Shown: positions 31,203 to 42,084, counted from the stretch's first letter. The stretch is 64,000 nucleotides of DNA from an uncultured delta proteobacterium (GCA_963704165.1 CAVPHD010000004.1:448001-512000); one strand, 5' to 3'. Translations and numbers: made by a program. The notes: a model not told the origin generated them from the letters alone.

Positions 31203-32605
31203 GCGGCTTTGCGATTCGCGGCGTGGTCGAGGGCTTCTACGGCAAGCCTTGGGCGCACGAGGATCGGCTCTGGCTGCTCGAGCACATGGGGCGCTGGCGC
31301 ATGAACACGTACGTGTACGCGCCGAAGGACGATCCGTTCCACCTCGCGCGCTGGCGCGAGCCGTATCCGGACGAGCGAATGGCGGAGTTCCGCGCGCTGG
31401 TGCTTGCCGGAGAGCGCGTCGGCGTGCGTGTCGGATTCGCGGTCTCGCCCGGCCGCTCGATCGTGTACTCCGATCGCGACGACCGCGCGGCGCTGGTCGC
31501 GAAGCTCGGCGCTTTGCACGCGCTCGGCGCCCGCGTGCTCTCGCTCGCGGTGGACGACGTCCCGACCTCGCTCGTGCACGACGCTGACCGGCGCACGTTC
31601 CGATCGCTCGCCGACGCCCAGCTCGCGCTGATGCGAGAGTTGCAGGATGCGTTCGGTCGCGATTCGCTGCTCTGGCTCGGACCTACCGACTATCTGGGCG
31701 TCGAAGCCACCGACTATCTCGCCGAGATCGGCGAGCGGCTCGATCCGGCCGTCGAGGTTTCCTGGACCGGGCGCACCGTCGTCTCGCCCGAGATCCGAGT
31801 GGACGAGGCCGCTTCGCGCTCGGCAACGCTGCGCCGGCGCGTCCTGATCTGGGACAACACGCCGGTCTCCGACGGGCCGATGCGCTGCATGCTCCATCTG
31901 AATCCCTACACGGGGCGCGAGCGCGGGCTCGAGGCGCACGTCTCGGGAGTCCTCCTGAATCCGATGGAGCACCTGCGCGCATCGGCCGTCACGCTTGGAT
32001 GCGCCGCGGAGTACCTTCGCGACCCGCGCGCCTACGACGCGGAGCGCGCGTGGGAGCGGTCCGTCGATGCGCTCGGGTCGAACGTCGCGTCGGCTCTGCG
32101 GATCTTCGCGCTCGCGCACCGTTTCTCCGCGCTCACGCCCCAAGAGCGCGATCGCGATCTCGAGCGCGCGATCGAGCGGCCCCGGGAGAACCTCGTCGAG
32201 ATCGATACGCTCCTGGGGTTGCGGCTTGAGGCGAACCAGGCGTTGCGTGCCGGGCTCGAGGACGCGCAGCTGCTCGCGGAGCTCGAGCCCTGGCTCGATT
32301 CGCACGCGGCCGAGACGCGCCGCATGCAGGCCGCCATCGGCGCGCTGCGTGCTCTCGAGTCGGAGGCGCCGCGCAGCGCGCGCGTGCTCGGCTTCTTCGG
32401 CTTCGAGGGCAAGCTCACGCGCGAGCCGATCGGGAGCAAGTCGAGCTACGGCCCACGCCGGGTGCTCTATCCGCAGCTCGCCTCCATGCGAGACGAATCG
32501 ATGGGCTTCGGCGGAGATCCCGCGCTCTACACGGACCGGTGTCTATCCGACGAGCTGATCCGCTTCGTCGAGCGCCGAGCGCTCGAAGTGCTCTCGTCCC
32601 GCTAG
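31199..32605 (+). CDS. GH84 family beta-N-acetylglucosaminidase (O-GlcNAcase/hyaluronidase-like)
   Basis: RGVVEGFYGKPW, NTYVYAPKDDPFH, FAVSPG, catalytic DD in LAVDDVP, WTG, IWDN and GVLLNPM. GTG start overlaps the feoB stop. Confidence 0.88.
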   Translation: MSGFAIRGVVEGFYGKPWAHEDRLWLLEHMGRWRMNTYVYAPKDDPFHLARWREPYPDERMAEFRALVLAGERVGVRVGFAVSPGRSIVYSDRDDRAALVAKLGALHALGARVLSLAVDDVPTSLVHDADRRTFRSLADAQLALMRELQDAFGRDSLLWLGPTDYLGVEATDYLAEIGERLDPAVEVSWTGRTVVSPEIRVDEAASRSATLRRRVLIWDNTPVSDGPMRCMLHLNPYTGRERGLEAHVSGVLLNPMEHLRASAVTLGCAAEYLRDPRAYDAERAWERSVDALGSNVASALRIFALAHRFSALTPQERDRDLERAIERPRENLVEIDTLLGLRLEANQALRAGLEDAQLLAELEPWLDSHAAETRRMQAAIGALRALESEAPRSARVLGFFGFEGKLTREPIGSKSSYGPRRVLYPQLASMRDESMGFGGDPALYTDRCLSDELIRFVERRALEVLSSR

Positions 32606-33288
32606 GAGGGCTCGGTCCTGACAGGTGCGTGTCGCCGCACCGCCACCGGCGTGCTCGCGGGAATCTCGATCCGGTCCCCGCGATCTTGCTTCGCGGCCCG
32701 AAGCATGGGTACGAGCAGGCGGCCGAGGATCTTCACGTCGTCGAGCGCATCGTGCCGGCGCAGTCCGACGGTATCGACCGAGTAGTGGTGGAGCAGCTTC
32801 GACGTGCTCCAGCGGTCGTCCTGCGTGCCGAGGAGCCACGTCGCCAGGGCGACCGAGTCGAGGATCGCGGGTAGCTCGACGGGCATCCGGTTTCGCGCGA
32901 GCTCGGCCTCGAGCAGCGGCACGTCGAACTCGAAGACGCTCTGTCCCATCCAGAAATCTGCACCCCGCGCGGCGTCGAGGTGCCGACCCCAGGCCTCGCG
33001 GAACTCGGGTGCACCGCGCAGCGTGTCGAGCGTGATCCCGGTCAGCTCGCGCACGACCTTCGGGATCTCGATCCCGTCGCCCGGCCAGACGAAGCTCGTG
33101 AACGCGGTTTCCTCGCGGAGCCGGCCGCCTTCGAGCAGGCAGCCGGCGATCTGCGTGACGCGCTCGCGCGTGGTGTCGAGGCCCGTGGCCTCGAGGTCGA
33201 AGAGCCAGATCTTCCGCTCCGAGAGCCGCTCGATCGCGAGCTCGGAGATCTCGTAGAGCTCGTCCGAGACCGGCGCGATGCGGAGCAT
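32602..33288 (-). CDS. DEDDh 3'-5' exonuclease (DnaQ/PolC epsilon-like)
   Basis: ExoI FDLEATGLD, LTGIT, ExoII FDVPLL and ExoIII RHDALDD. Confidence 0.88.
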   Translation of the reverse strand: MLRIAPVSDELYEISELAIERLSERKIWLFDLEATGLDTTRERVTQIAGCLLEGGRLREETAFTSFVWPGDGIEIPKVVRELTGITLDTLRGAPEFREAWGRHLDAARGADFWMGQSVFEFDVPLLEAELARNRMPVELPAILDSVALATWLLGTQDDRWSTSKLLHHYSVDTVGLRRHDALDDVKILGRLLVPMLRAAKQDRGDRIEIPASTPVAVRRHAPVRTEPS

Positions 33289-33296
33289 CGGGTGTT

Positions 33297-34085
33297 TCAG
33301 TCGCTGCACGTGTGTCTCCGGAGCTCCTTGACGAGTCGAGCCGGTCCTGCCGCGAGCAGCGGCAGGAGCAACGGGTCGGCCTGGTTGTAGCTGCGCTCCC
33401 CGCGAGCGAATTCGATGAAGGTCCCGCCGGCTTCGTTCACGAGCAGGTCTCCGGCACACACGTCCCACTCGCTCTTCGGTGCCGCGGAAACCCAGAGATC
33501 TGCGCGTCCGGCGGCGACCAACGCGAGCTTCAGCGCGACCGAGCCGACCGGCTCGATGTGCGCGAAGAGACCGCGGAAGGTCTCGATCTGCCCGCGCTTC
33601 ATCTCGGTCCGCGAGGAGAGCATCGTGCTCTCCGCGAGACTCGTGCTGCGCGAGACTTCGACGCGATCGCCGCCGAGCCATGCGCCCCCACCGAGCCGCC
33701 CGTGAAAGCACTCCCGCGTGATCGGCTGGTAGATGCAGGCCGCGACGGGGCGGGTGCGCACGACGAGCGCGATCGAGACCGCGAACTGAGGCACGCCTTC
33801 GACGAACTCCTTCGTGCCGTCGAGCGGATCGACGATCCAGATCCGTTCGGCCTGGAGCCGAGCGGAGCTGTCCACGGTTTCCTCGGAAAGCAGCGCGTCG
33901 TCCGGGAACGCCTTGCGCAGCACCGCTGTGATCGCGGTGTTCGCCTCGAGGTCCGCCGCGGTGACGGGATTGTCGTCCGACTTCTCCCAGGATGCGCGCC
34001 GCTCGGCCGAGGCATGGCGCGCGATCACCAAGCCACCGGCGAGCGCCGCCTCGCGCGCGACGTCCGCCTCGCGTTCGAAGCTCAC
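33297..34085 (-). CDS. Inositol monophosphatase family, CysQ-like 3'(2'),5'-bisphosphate nucleotidase
   Basis: NPVTAADLEAN, LSEE, WIVDPLDGTKEF, GSVALKL and EWDVCAG. Confidence 0.88.
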   Translation of the reverse strand: MSFEREADVAREAALAGGLVIARHASAERRASWEKSDDNPVTAADLEANTAITAVLRKAFPDDALLSEETVDSSARLQAERIWIVDPLDGTKEFVEGVPQFAVSIALVVRTRPVAACIYQPITRECFHGRLGGGAWLGGDRVEVSRSTSLAESTMLSSRTEMKRGQIETFRGLFAHIEPVGSVALKLALVAAGRADLWVSAAPKSEWDVCAGDLLVNEAGGTFIEFARGERSYNQADPLLLPLLAAGPARLVKELRRHTCSD

Positions 34086-36070
34086 TCGTCGTCGTCTCCG
34101 TCCGAGGCGGGGCCGGCGCCGCGGAATCCGCCCTTCGATCGCCGCCGCCTGCGGCGCAGCTTCGGCTCGCAGACGTCGCAGTGGCCACAGGGCGTCGGTT
34201 CACCGTCCTCGAAGTAGCGCCGGATGTGCATCATTCGACACTCGGTCGTGTTGTTCGCGTAATTGATGATGCTCTCGAGGCGCCGCCGATCCGTGGTCTT
34301 CCGTTCCTCGTTTCGGCGCGAGAGCAGCTTCACCGCATCGTTCACGTCGATCGCGCCGACGAGGGTGAAGCCGGAATCCGCCTCCGTGACCAGGTTCGCG
34401 TCGCGGAGTCCCTCGAGGATCGCCTTGGTGCGCGTGACGCCGACTTCAGTCGCCATCGCGAGCGTCGGGGCCTCGACCGCGCGTCCGTCCTTGGACCAGG
34501 CCGAGAGCCCTTCGACCACCTTCTTGATCTGCGATCGCGTCGCTGGGCCCTCGGACAGAAAGTGCCGCTGCACGTCCACGTCGCTCGGATCCCAGAGCAG
34601 GATGCAGCGCGTGGGCAGCCCGTCGCGTCCACCGCGACCGGCCTCCTGAACGTACGACTCGAGCGAGCCCGGTACCTGGTAGTGAAGCACGTACCGGATG
34701 TCGGCTTTGTCCACGCCGAGGCCGAAGGCGCTCGTCGCGATCATCACGATGCGCTTGCCCGAGGACATGAAGCGCCGGTGCGCGTGATCGCGCTCGGCCT
34801 TGGTCAGTCGGCCGTGGTAGATCTCGGCGGGGATGCGCGCGATCTTGCAGAGTGCGCCGAGTTCCTCGACGTCCTTCACCGTCGAGCAGTAGACGATCCC
34901 GGGCCGACGCAGCCGGCGCATGTACTGCACCAGCTCACGGCGCTTGATGTCCTCCGACGGGCAGTCCTTCACCTCGAAGCGCAGATTCGGTCGCGCGACG
35001 GGCTTCACGACCAACGCCGGCTCGCGGAGCGCGAGGCGCCTCACGATCTCTTCGCGCACCAGCGGTGGCGCGGTCGCGGTCAGCGCGAGGATCGGGGGCC
35101 GGCCGAGCTCCTCGGCGAGCGCGCCGAGCGCCAGATACGCGGGCCGGAAATCGTGCCCCCACTCGGAGACGCAGTGCGCCTCGTCGATCACGAGCAGCGA
35201 GACCTGCTGTCCCGAGACGCGCTTCTTGAACGCGGGGCCGGTCGCGCCTTCGGGCGTGATCAGCACGATCTTCTGAGAGCCCGCCTCGAGCAGGGTGAGC
35301 GCTTCTTCTTTCTCGGTGCCGGTGAGCGAGCTGTCCAGCCGGACCGTCTCGATCCCCTGCGCCCGCAACTTCTCGAACTGATCTCGGATCAACGCGATCA
35401 GCGGCGAGACCACTACCGTGAGTCCCGGCAGGAGCAGGCTCGGAAGCTGATAGGTGAGCGACTTCCCGCCGCCCGTCGGGAGTACGCAGAGCGTGTCGCG
35501 GCCGTCGAGGACCGCGCGGATCACCTCTTCCTGTCCCGGTCGGAAGTGGCGCAGCCCGAACTCGCGCCGCAGCAGGTCGAGCATCTGCCGCAGCCGATCG
35601 TCGCTGACGAACTCCCCTCCACTCCGGCGACGGCGCCGCCGACGGCGCGGGCGAACGAAGCCCGGATCGCCGCCGAGCGAGGACGAATCGGGCGATTCGC
35701 CCTCGACCGCCTCTTCACCGGTTTCGTTTGGGGTTTCGGACCCGAGGTCGTTCATGGATTGGGGCTCCTCGGACGGGGGGCCGTTGGGCGAGAGGTCCGA
35801 CGGCGGGCCTCCAACCCAGCGCCGTCTCCGGCGGCGCCTTCGTCGAGAGCGGCCCGACCCGACCGGATCGGAGGCGGGGTCGGGAGACGGCTCGAAGCCG
35901 GATTCGGGCGAAGCACCGTCGTGCGGCGTCGCGTTCGCGTCGTCGAGCGGTGATTCGGTCGTCGCGCCCTCGGCCAGGACGGGCCGAGATCCCCGGCGCC
36001 GTCTGCGCCGACGCCTGGGGCGTCGGGGAGGGCCGGGTGCGTCGACGGGTTGGTCGTTATCCGATTCCAG
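34082..36070 (-). CDS. recQ: RecQ family ATP-dependent DNA helicase with a long Arg-rich/acidic N-terminal extension (start uncertain; CTG at 36070 proposed)
   Basis: FRPGQEE, PTGGGKSLTYQ, DEAHCVSEWGHDFRPAY, ALTATA, FGLGVDK, YVQEAGRGGRDG and Zn module CR...CGHCDVC. Confidence 0.9.
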   Translation of the reverse strand: MESDNDQPVDAPGPPRRPRRRRRRRRGSRPVLAEGATTESPLDDANATPHDGASPESGFEPSPDPASDPVGSGRSRRRRRRRRRWVGGPPSDLSPNGPPSEEPQSMNDLGSETPNETGEEAVEGESPDSSSLGGDPGFVRPRRRRRRRRSGGEFVSDDRLRQMLDLLRREFGLRHFRPGQEEVIRAVLDGRDTLCVLPTGGGKSLTYQLPSLLLPGLTVVVSPLIALIRDQFEKLRAQGIETVRLDSSLTGTEKEEALTLLEAGSQKIVLITPEGATGPAFKKRVSGQQVSLLVIDEAHCVSEWGHDFRPAYLALGALAEELGRPPILALTATAPPLVREEIVRRLALREPALVVKPVARPNLRFEVKDCPSEDIKRRELVQYMRRLRRPGIVYCSTVKDVEELGALCKIARIPAEIYHGRLTKAERDHAHRRFMSSGKRIVMIATSAFGLGVDKADIRYVLHYQVPGSLESYVQEAGRGGRDGLPTRCILLWDPSDVDVQRHFLSEGPATRSQIKKVVEGLSAWSKDGRAVEAPTLAMATEVGVTRTKAILEGLRDANLVTEADSGFTLVGAIDVNDAVKLLSRRNEERKTTDRRRLESIINYANNTTECRMMHIRRYFEDGEPTPCGHCDVCEPKLRRRRRRSKGGFRGAGPASDGDDDE

Positions 36071-36104
36071 GATAGACCCCCGGCAACAGGGAAATGCGAG
36101 CCAC

Positions 36105-36110
36105 AGTATA
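36105..36110 (-). promoter_or_regulatory. Candidate -10 element (TATACT) for the recQ operon
   Basis: TATACT on the minus strand in the AT-richer intergenic region, about 35 nt upstream of the proposed start. Confidence 0.4.
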
Positions 36111-36170
36111 TGCACGATTCGCCCGGCCGCTCGTCCCCGGCGAAAAATCCCGTCCGGTGTCCTCGTCGCG

Positions 36171-36207
36171 TTGACGGCGCTCGGCTCGTACAGCATATTG
36201 CTGCACG
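36171..36207 (+). promoter_or_regulatory. Sigma-70-type promoter with an inverted repeat (candidate operator) over the -10
   Basis: TTGACG (36171) - 17 bp - CATATT (36194). The inverted repeat CGTaCAGCA-TAT-TGCTGcACG spans 36187-36207 with 8 of 9 positions paired. Confidence 0.6.
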
Positions 36208-36209
36208 CA

Positions 36210-36611
36210 ATGAGTCGGGGTACGCGGGCGAAGCAGCGGGTCACGTTTCGGGTCGATCCCGAGCTTGCCGCTGCGCTCCGTCACTTGCCCAACCAGACGG
36301 CCTTCGTCGAAGGCGTGCTGCGCGAGGCTCTCGGTCGGCTCTGTCCCGTCTGCGCCGGCTCGGGAGAGGTGCCCGACGTCCACCTCGCCGTTTCGAATCT
36401 GAAGAAGCTCGCCGGAAGGCGGCTCGACCGCGTGACGGCCGCGCAGCTCAAGGCGCTGGTCAGGCTCGGCCGCCAGCTCCTCGCGACGAACCTCGAGCTC
36501 GAGACCTCTTCCGAGGACGGCGAACTCGAGTTCCGGCTCGCCCGCTCCAATGAACTCCTGCTCGCCGGGCGTATCCCGCGCGGGCATTCCGACCTGACCC
36601 TGACGCACTAG
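36210..36611 (+). CDS. Hypothetical protein with an N-terminal ribbon-helix-helix-like segment and a CxxCxGxG motif
   Basis: KQRVTFRVDPELAAALRHLPNQTAFVEGVLREALG follows the RHH pattern and is followed by CPVCAGSG. Confidence 0.7.
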   Translation: MSRGTRAKQRVTFRVDPELAAALRHLPNQTAFVEGVLREALGRLCPVCAGSGEVPDVHLAVSNLKKLAGRRLDRVTAAQLKALVRLGRQLLATNLELETSSEDGELEFRLARSNELLLAGRIPRGHSDLTLTH

Positions 36612-37506
<895 letters not shown>

Positions 37507-37535
37507 CCGGCTTGCCTTCCCCGAGCGCGGACGGA

Positions 37536-38264
37536 CTAGCCGACGAGCGGGAGCTGACCGCTCGCACCGCGTCGATCGCTCATCAGGCTGAGCAACATGT
37601 GGACGATCCTCTCGGGGTCGTAGCCGTACTTCGGTGCGAACAGGTTCACCATGTCGAGCTGCTGGTTCGCATTCAGCGCTTCGAGGCTGCCGAACGCCCG
37701 GTCCTCCAGGCGCGCCATCTCTTCGCGGCTCGCCGACTTCACCCTCCGTCGCATGGTGAGCACGCGGAAGACCGCGTTACGCGCTTCGACCCGTTCGACC
37801 CGGCGGATCCCGTCGCGTACCAGCTCGTTCATCGTGTCCTCGAAGAGCGTCTGCATTCCGAGACACTTCATCGTGTAGACATCGACCGAAAGCAGCTCTT
37901 CGAGCAGGATCTTCAGCTCCGCCATGATCGGATGGATCGTGCCCAGCTTCTCGCCGGGGAGCCGCGCGAAGACCTCGGCATGGCGCGCCTCGTCGTAGAC
38001 CGGGTTCGCCGCGTAGGACTTCTCGTCCGTGATCGGCCACAGGTTGGTGAGCTGGCCGCAGATCTGGAGCGCGGCCTGCTCGCCGTGGAGGAGCTGGGAG
38101 AGCAGGTCGTCGACCTCGTCGAAGGCGGCTTCCTTCTGGGTCGCCTCGTCCTTGCCCAAGAGCTTCGTCACCTGACCGAGCAGAGACGTCTCCGGGTTGG
38201 CGATCCACTCGTCGCGCGCGACCGGCAGCGGCCCGTCGACGTCGGCGCTGGCGTTCCACTCCAT
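37536..38264 (-). pseudogene. Ferritin-like di-iron protein (AurF/desaturase-like), probably degenerate
   Basis: LSQLLHGEQAAL and DEARH are present. The second half seems to lack the helix after MQTLFE, and the second ExxH site reads VEARN. Confidence 0.55.
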
Positions 38265-38278
38265 GGGGCCCCTCCGGA

Positions 38279-38736
38279 TCAGTCCGACCGAACGCAGAGC
38301 GCCGGTTCGACGAAATCGTTCACGTTCGCGCCGAGGAGCTCCGCGCCGAAATCGCCGGTCGCGAAGTGGAAGACGGTCATGCCGATCAGCGTCTGCGCCG
38401 TGTGCTGCACCGGCACGCGCCGGAGCCCTCCGCGGGCCATGCCGTCCTCGAGGCCGGAGGCGACGCGCGCGAGAGCTCGCTGCAGAACGGTGTGGGAGGC
38501 TTGATCGGCTGGCTCCGCGTAGTCGACCTCGAAGAGCGACCGCAGCAAGAGCGGCGCCCGCGCCGCGTTCTCGGCCAGGGAGTCGATCACGCCCTCGATG
38601 AAGAGCCGCAGGCGATCGCGCGCATTCCGACGCCCGCAGAACCGAAGCGGGCGAAGAGTGACTCGGCGGCGTCGAGGATCTTCCCCCGGGTCGAGGGCGA
38701 CATCTCGGTCGCCGCGGGTGCGCTCTCGTCCGTCAT
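38279..38736 (-). pseudogene. TetR-family regulator with an internal deletion removing the HTH recognition helix
   Basis: TRGKILDAAESLFARFGSAGVGMRAIA jumps out of frame directly into C-terminal-domain sequence RDRLRLFIEGVIDSLAEN at the GCGATCGC at 38612-38619. Confidence 0.7.
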
Positions 38737-38828
38737 TCGCGCCTCGAGTGCCAGTACCGACCGATCGGTCGGACCGCAACCTACAGCTGGCCCTTCGAGC
38801 GGGCAAGCGCCAATCTCGGCTCGTGCCG

Positions 38829-40662
38829 ATGTCCCCCGCCGATCGAGAAACGCCGCTCGCGCGCGTCCGCTCCGCGCTCGCCGGCGTCGTGCTCGGCCAC
38901 GAGGATGCGAAGACCGGCCTGCTCCTGGCAGTTCTGGCCCGTGAGCACGCCTACCTCGAAGGGCCGCCGGGCTGCGGAAAATCGGCGCTCGCGTCGGCGC
39001 TTGCGCGGATCATCGGTGCGCGCGCGACCGAGATCAGCTTTCACCGAGACACCAGCGCCGGCGAGCTTCTCGGCGTACAGAGTCTCCGCCGCCGGCGTCG
39101 GGGATCGAGCGAGCGGTTGTCGTTCGAGAGATCGCCGGGGCGCGTCGCGGACGCCGAGATCCTGCTCCTCGACGATCTCTCGCGCGCGCCGGGCGAGGCG
39201 CTCGCGCCGCTCCTGCGCGTCCTTTCCGGACGCAGCCTCGGCGGCTCGAAGCTGCCGCTCGAGACGGCGATTGCGACGGCGGGCCCGGACGATCTCGAGA
39301 GCTACGCCGACCCGCTCGAGCCGAGTCAGCTCGATCGCTTCGCGATTCAGGTGCGGATGCGCGGGCTCGTGCTCGGGCGCCACTTCGCGCGCGCCCGCGA
39401 GCTCCTCGACCGCGTGCAGGAACCGGAGATCACGACGCGGCTCGAGACCGCCGAGCGCCATCGGCTGCAGCGCGAGGTGGCCGATGTCCCGATCGAACCG
39501 GCGGCGCGCGACGCGCTCCTGCGCGCAGTGGAAGGGCTGCGAGCGGCGGCCGGTGACGAGCCCGTGCTCCTCAGCGATCGCGCCTTTGCGACCTCCGCGC
39601 CGCAGATCCTGCGCGCCCACGCCTACCTGCGCGGGGCGACGCGCGTCGAGGCGATCGACGTGCGCGCGCTGCGGTTCATGCTCGCGCGGCGCGTGCCCGA
39701 GTCGCTCAAGCCGCACATCCCGGCGATCCTCGAAGACGCGCTGCTCGAACGCGCACCCGTTGCGGCGTTGCCCGCGGACGCACGGCGAACCGCCGCGGCG
39801 GGTGAGGGCGGTAGCGGCGCGGAGGCACCCGTTCCGGTCGCCGGGATCGAAACGGTTCCGACCCCGCTCGAGAGCGTGGTCGCGCAGCCGCGCGCGCGCG
39901 GCGATGACGACGCGGCGTCGGTCGATGATCTCGTACAGGCCTTGCTCGGCCGACTCGAACGCGGCGCGGTCTCACGCGGTGAGGACCCCGGCGGGCAGCC
40001 TCGCGGTTGGCGGCGCATGCGCCGGCTCGACGAACTGCTCGACGCCGATCCCGTCGATGGACTGCTCTTCGCACAGGGCGACGGCTCGAGCGTTCGCGTC
40101 GCGCGCCGCGAACGGCGCAATGCCGGCGGCGCGCTCGCCTTGCTGCGCGACGTCTCGGCCTCGATGGAGGGGCGCCTGTCGCGCTGGGCAGGGCAGGTCG
40201 TCGCGGGCCTCGTGCGCACCGGCGCGCGACAGCGCATGCGGATGGGCTACGTCGAGTTCAATCACGAGGCGGAGCGCTTCGAGGCGGGCGGCGTCTTCCT
40301 CCATCGCCGCTACCGGCGGCTGCTCGGGCTCTCGTCGCGCCGCCGCGCCGAGGGACGAACCAACTACGAGGCGCCGCTGCGCGCGGCTCTCGACCGAGTT
40401 GCGCGGCACCGCCGGCCGCGAGCGCCACGTCGTGCTGCTGACCGACGGCGTGCCGGTCCTCGGTGACCCGTACGTACGGCGCGAGCGCGCGCTGGCTCGC
40501 GAGCTCGGAGTTAAGGTACACACCGTCTTCCTCGGGCTCGGCGAGTGCCCCGAGGTTCTGGACGAGATCTCACGCGAGACACGGGGCCTGTGCTTCGTCG
40601 CCAGGCCGAGGCCGGATGGCCGCTTGACGGTTCTCGAGCGGACGAAGCGTGGGCGCGGATGA
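38829..40662 (+). CDS. MoxR/RavA-like AAA+ ATPase fused to a vWA (MIDAS) domain; apparent +1 frameshift near 40394
   Basis: EHAYLEGPPGCGKS, LLLDDLSRA and LDRF; Ala/Pro-rich linker; MIDAS residues in RDVSASMEG, GRTNY and VVLLTDG. Confidence 0.82.
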
Positions 40663-41614
40663 AGTGCGGAGGCAAGCGTTGAAGCAGCATCTCGGCCGCC
40701 TGCGCGAGCTGCTCGACCGGCACGTCGTCGGACACGACGAGGCGAAGGATGCGCTTCTGCTCGCGCTCGTCTGCCGCGAGCACATCTACCTCGAGGGCCC
40801 GCCCGGCTCGGCGAAGACGCGCATGGCCGAGGTCGCCGCGCGCGGCTCGAGCCTGGGCTTCTTCTTCTACCAGATGCACCGCGACACTCGACTCTCCGAG
40901 CTCGTCGGCGACGTCGTGCTCGAGCGCCGCGCGCTTCCCGGCGGGGAGGGCGAGCGAATCCACCAGACGATCGAGCCGGGCGGAATCCTGAAGGCCGAGA
41001 TCTGCGTTCTCGACGACATCTCGCGCGCTCCGGGCGAGGCGCTGAACGTTCTGTTGCGCATCCTGAACGAGCGGAAGTTCGGCGAGGAACCGATTCCGCT
41101 TCTGACGGCGATCGCCACGAGCAATCCGCTCCGCGACGAGTACTACAACGAGCCGCTCGACCCGGCGAACCTCGATCGCTTCGCGATCCAGCTGCGTGTG
41201 TCGGGGCTGATCCAGTCGGGCGAGCGGACGCTCGCTCGCGCGCTTGTGGACCAGTTCGCGGACGGTCGCGTGGTGGAGCAGCCGGAGCCGGAGCCGATCC
41301 TCACGCGCGCGGATCTCGACGCGCTTCACGAAGCGCAGGCGCGAATCGTCGTCCCCGACGCCGAGAAGGACCGGCTGATCGAGTTCCTTCGCAGACTCGT
41401 GGTCGACTATGCTTGCGACGAGACCAACTCGCTCCTCACCGATCGAAGCTTTCTGGTGAAGGCGGTGAAGCTCCTGCGCGGGCACGCGCTTCTCGCCGGC
41501 CGCGGGCAGGTGGAGCGGAATGATCTCGAAGTGCTCGGCTGGATGACCACGTTCCGCGTGCCCGAGGAAGTCCACGAGAAGGTTCCCGAGCTGATCGAGG
41601 AGATGGCCAGGTGA
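40649..41614 (+). CDS. MoxR/RavA-like AAA+ ATPase
   Basis: [44 protein letters not shown] and LTDRSF. Confidence 0.88.
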   Translation: MGADEVRRQALKQHLGRLRELLDRHVVGHDEAKDALLLALVCREHIYLEGPPGSAKTRMAEVAARGSSLGFFFYQMHRDTRLSELVGDVVLERRALPGGEGERIHQTIEPGGILKAEICVLDDISRAPGEALNVLLRILNERKFGEEPIPLLTAIATSNPLRDEYYNEPLDPANLDRFAIQLRVSGLIQSGERTLARALVDQFADGRVVEQPEPEPILTRADLDALHEAQARIVVPDAEKDRLIEFLRRLVVDYACDETNSLLTDRSFLVKAVKLLRGHALLAGRGQVERNDLEVLGWMTTFRVPEEVHEKVPELIEEMAR

Positions 41615-42084
41615 AGGTTTCGATCACCGTGAACGGGAGAGCGCAGGTGCGCGACGTCGAGCCACGTACGCTGCTCGTACATTTCCTGCGCGAGACGCTC
41701 GGGCTGACCGGCACCCACATCGGCTGCGAGACGACGATTTGCGGCGCGTGCACCGTGCACCTCGACGGTCGCGCCGTGAAGAGCTGCACGCTCTTCGCCG
41801 TGCAGGCCGACGGTCGCGCTGTGACGACGATCGAGGGTCTCGCGAGCGACGCGGATCAGCTGCACCCGGTGCAGACGGGATTCTGGGAAGAGCACGGGCT
41901 TCAGTGCGGCTACTGCACGCCCGGCATGATCATGACGACCTCGGCGCTGCTCGGCGAGAACCCGAACCCGAGCGAGACCGAGATCCGCCACGCGATCGAA
42001 GGGAACATCTGCCGCTGCACGGGCTATCAGCAGATCGTGAACGCGGTTCAGCACGCCGCCCGGCTCGGAAAGGGAGGGCGCTAG
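41611..42084 (+). CDS. coxS: Molybdenum hydroxylase [2Fe-2S] small subunit (CoxS/CutS-like)
   Basis: [24 protein letters not shown] and GNICRCTGY. Confidence 0.9.
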   Translation: MKVSITVNGRAQVRDVEPRTLLVHFLRETLGLTGTHIGCETTICGACTVHLDGRAVKSCTLFAVQADGRAVTTIEGLASDADQLHPVQTGFWEEHGLQCGYCTPGMIMTTSALLGENPNPSETEIRHAIEGNICRCTGYQQIVNAVQHAARLGKGGR

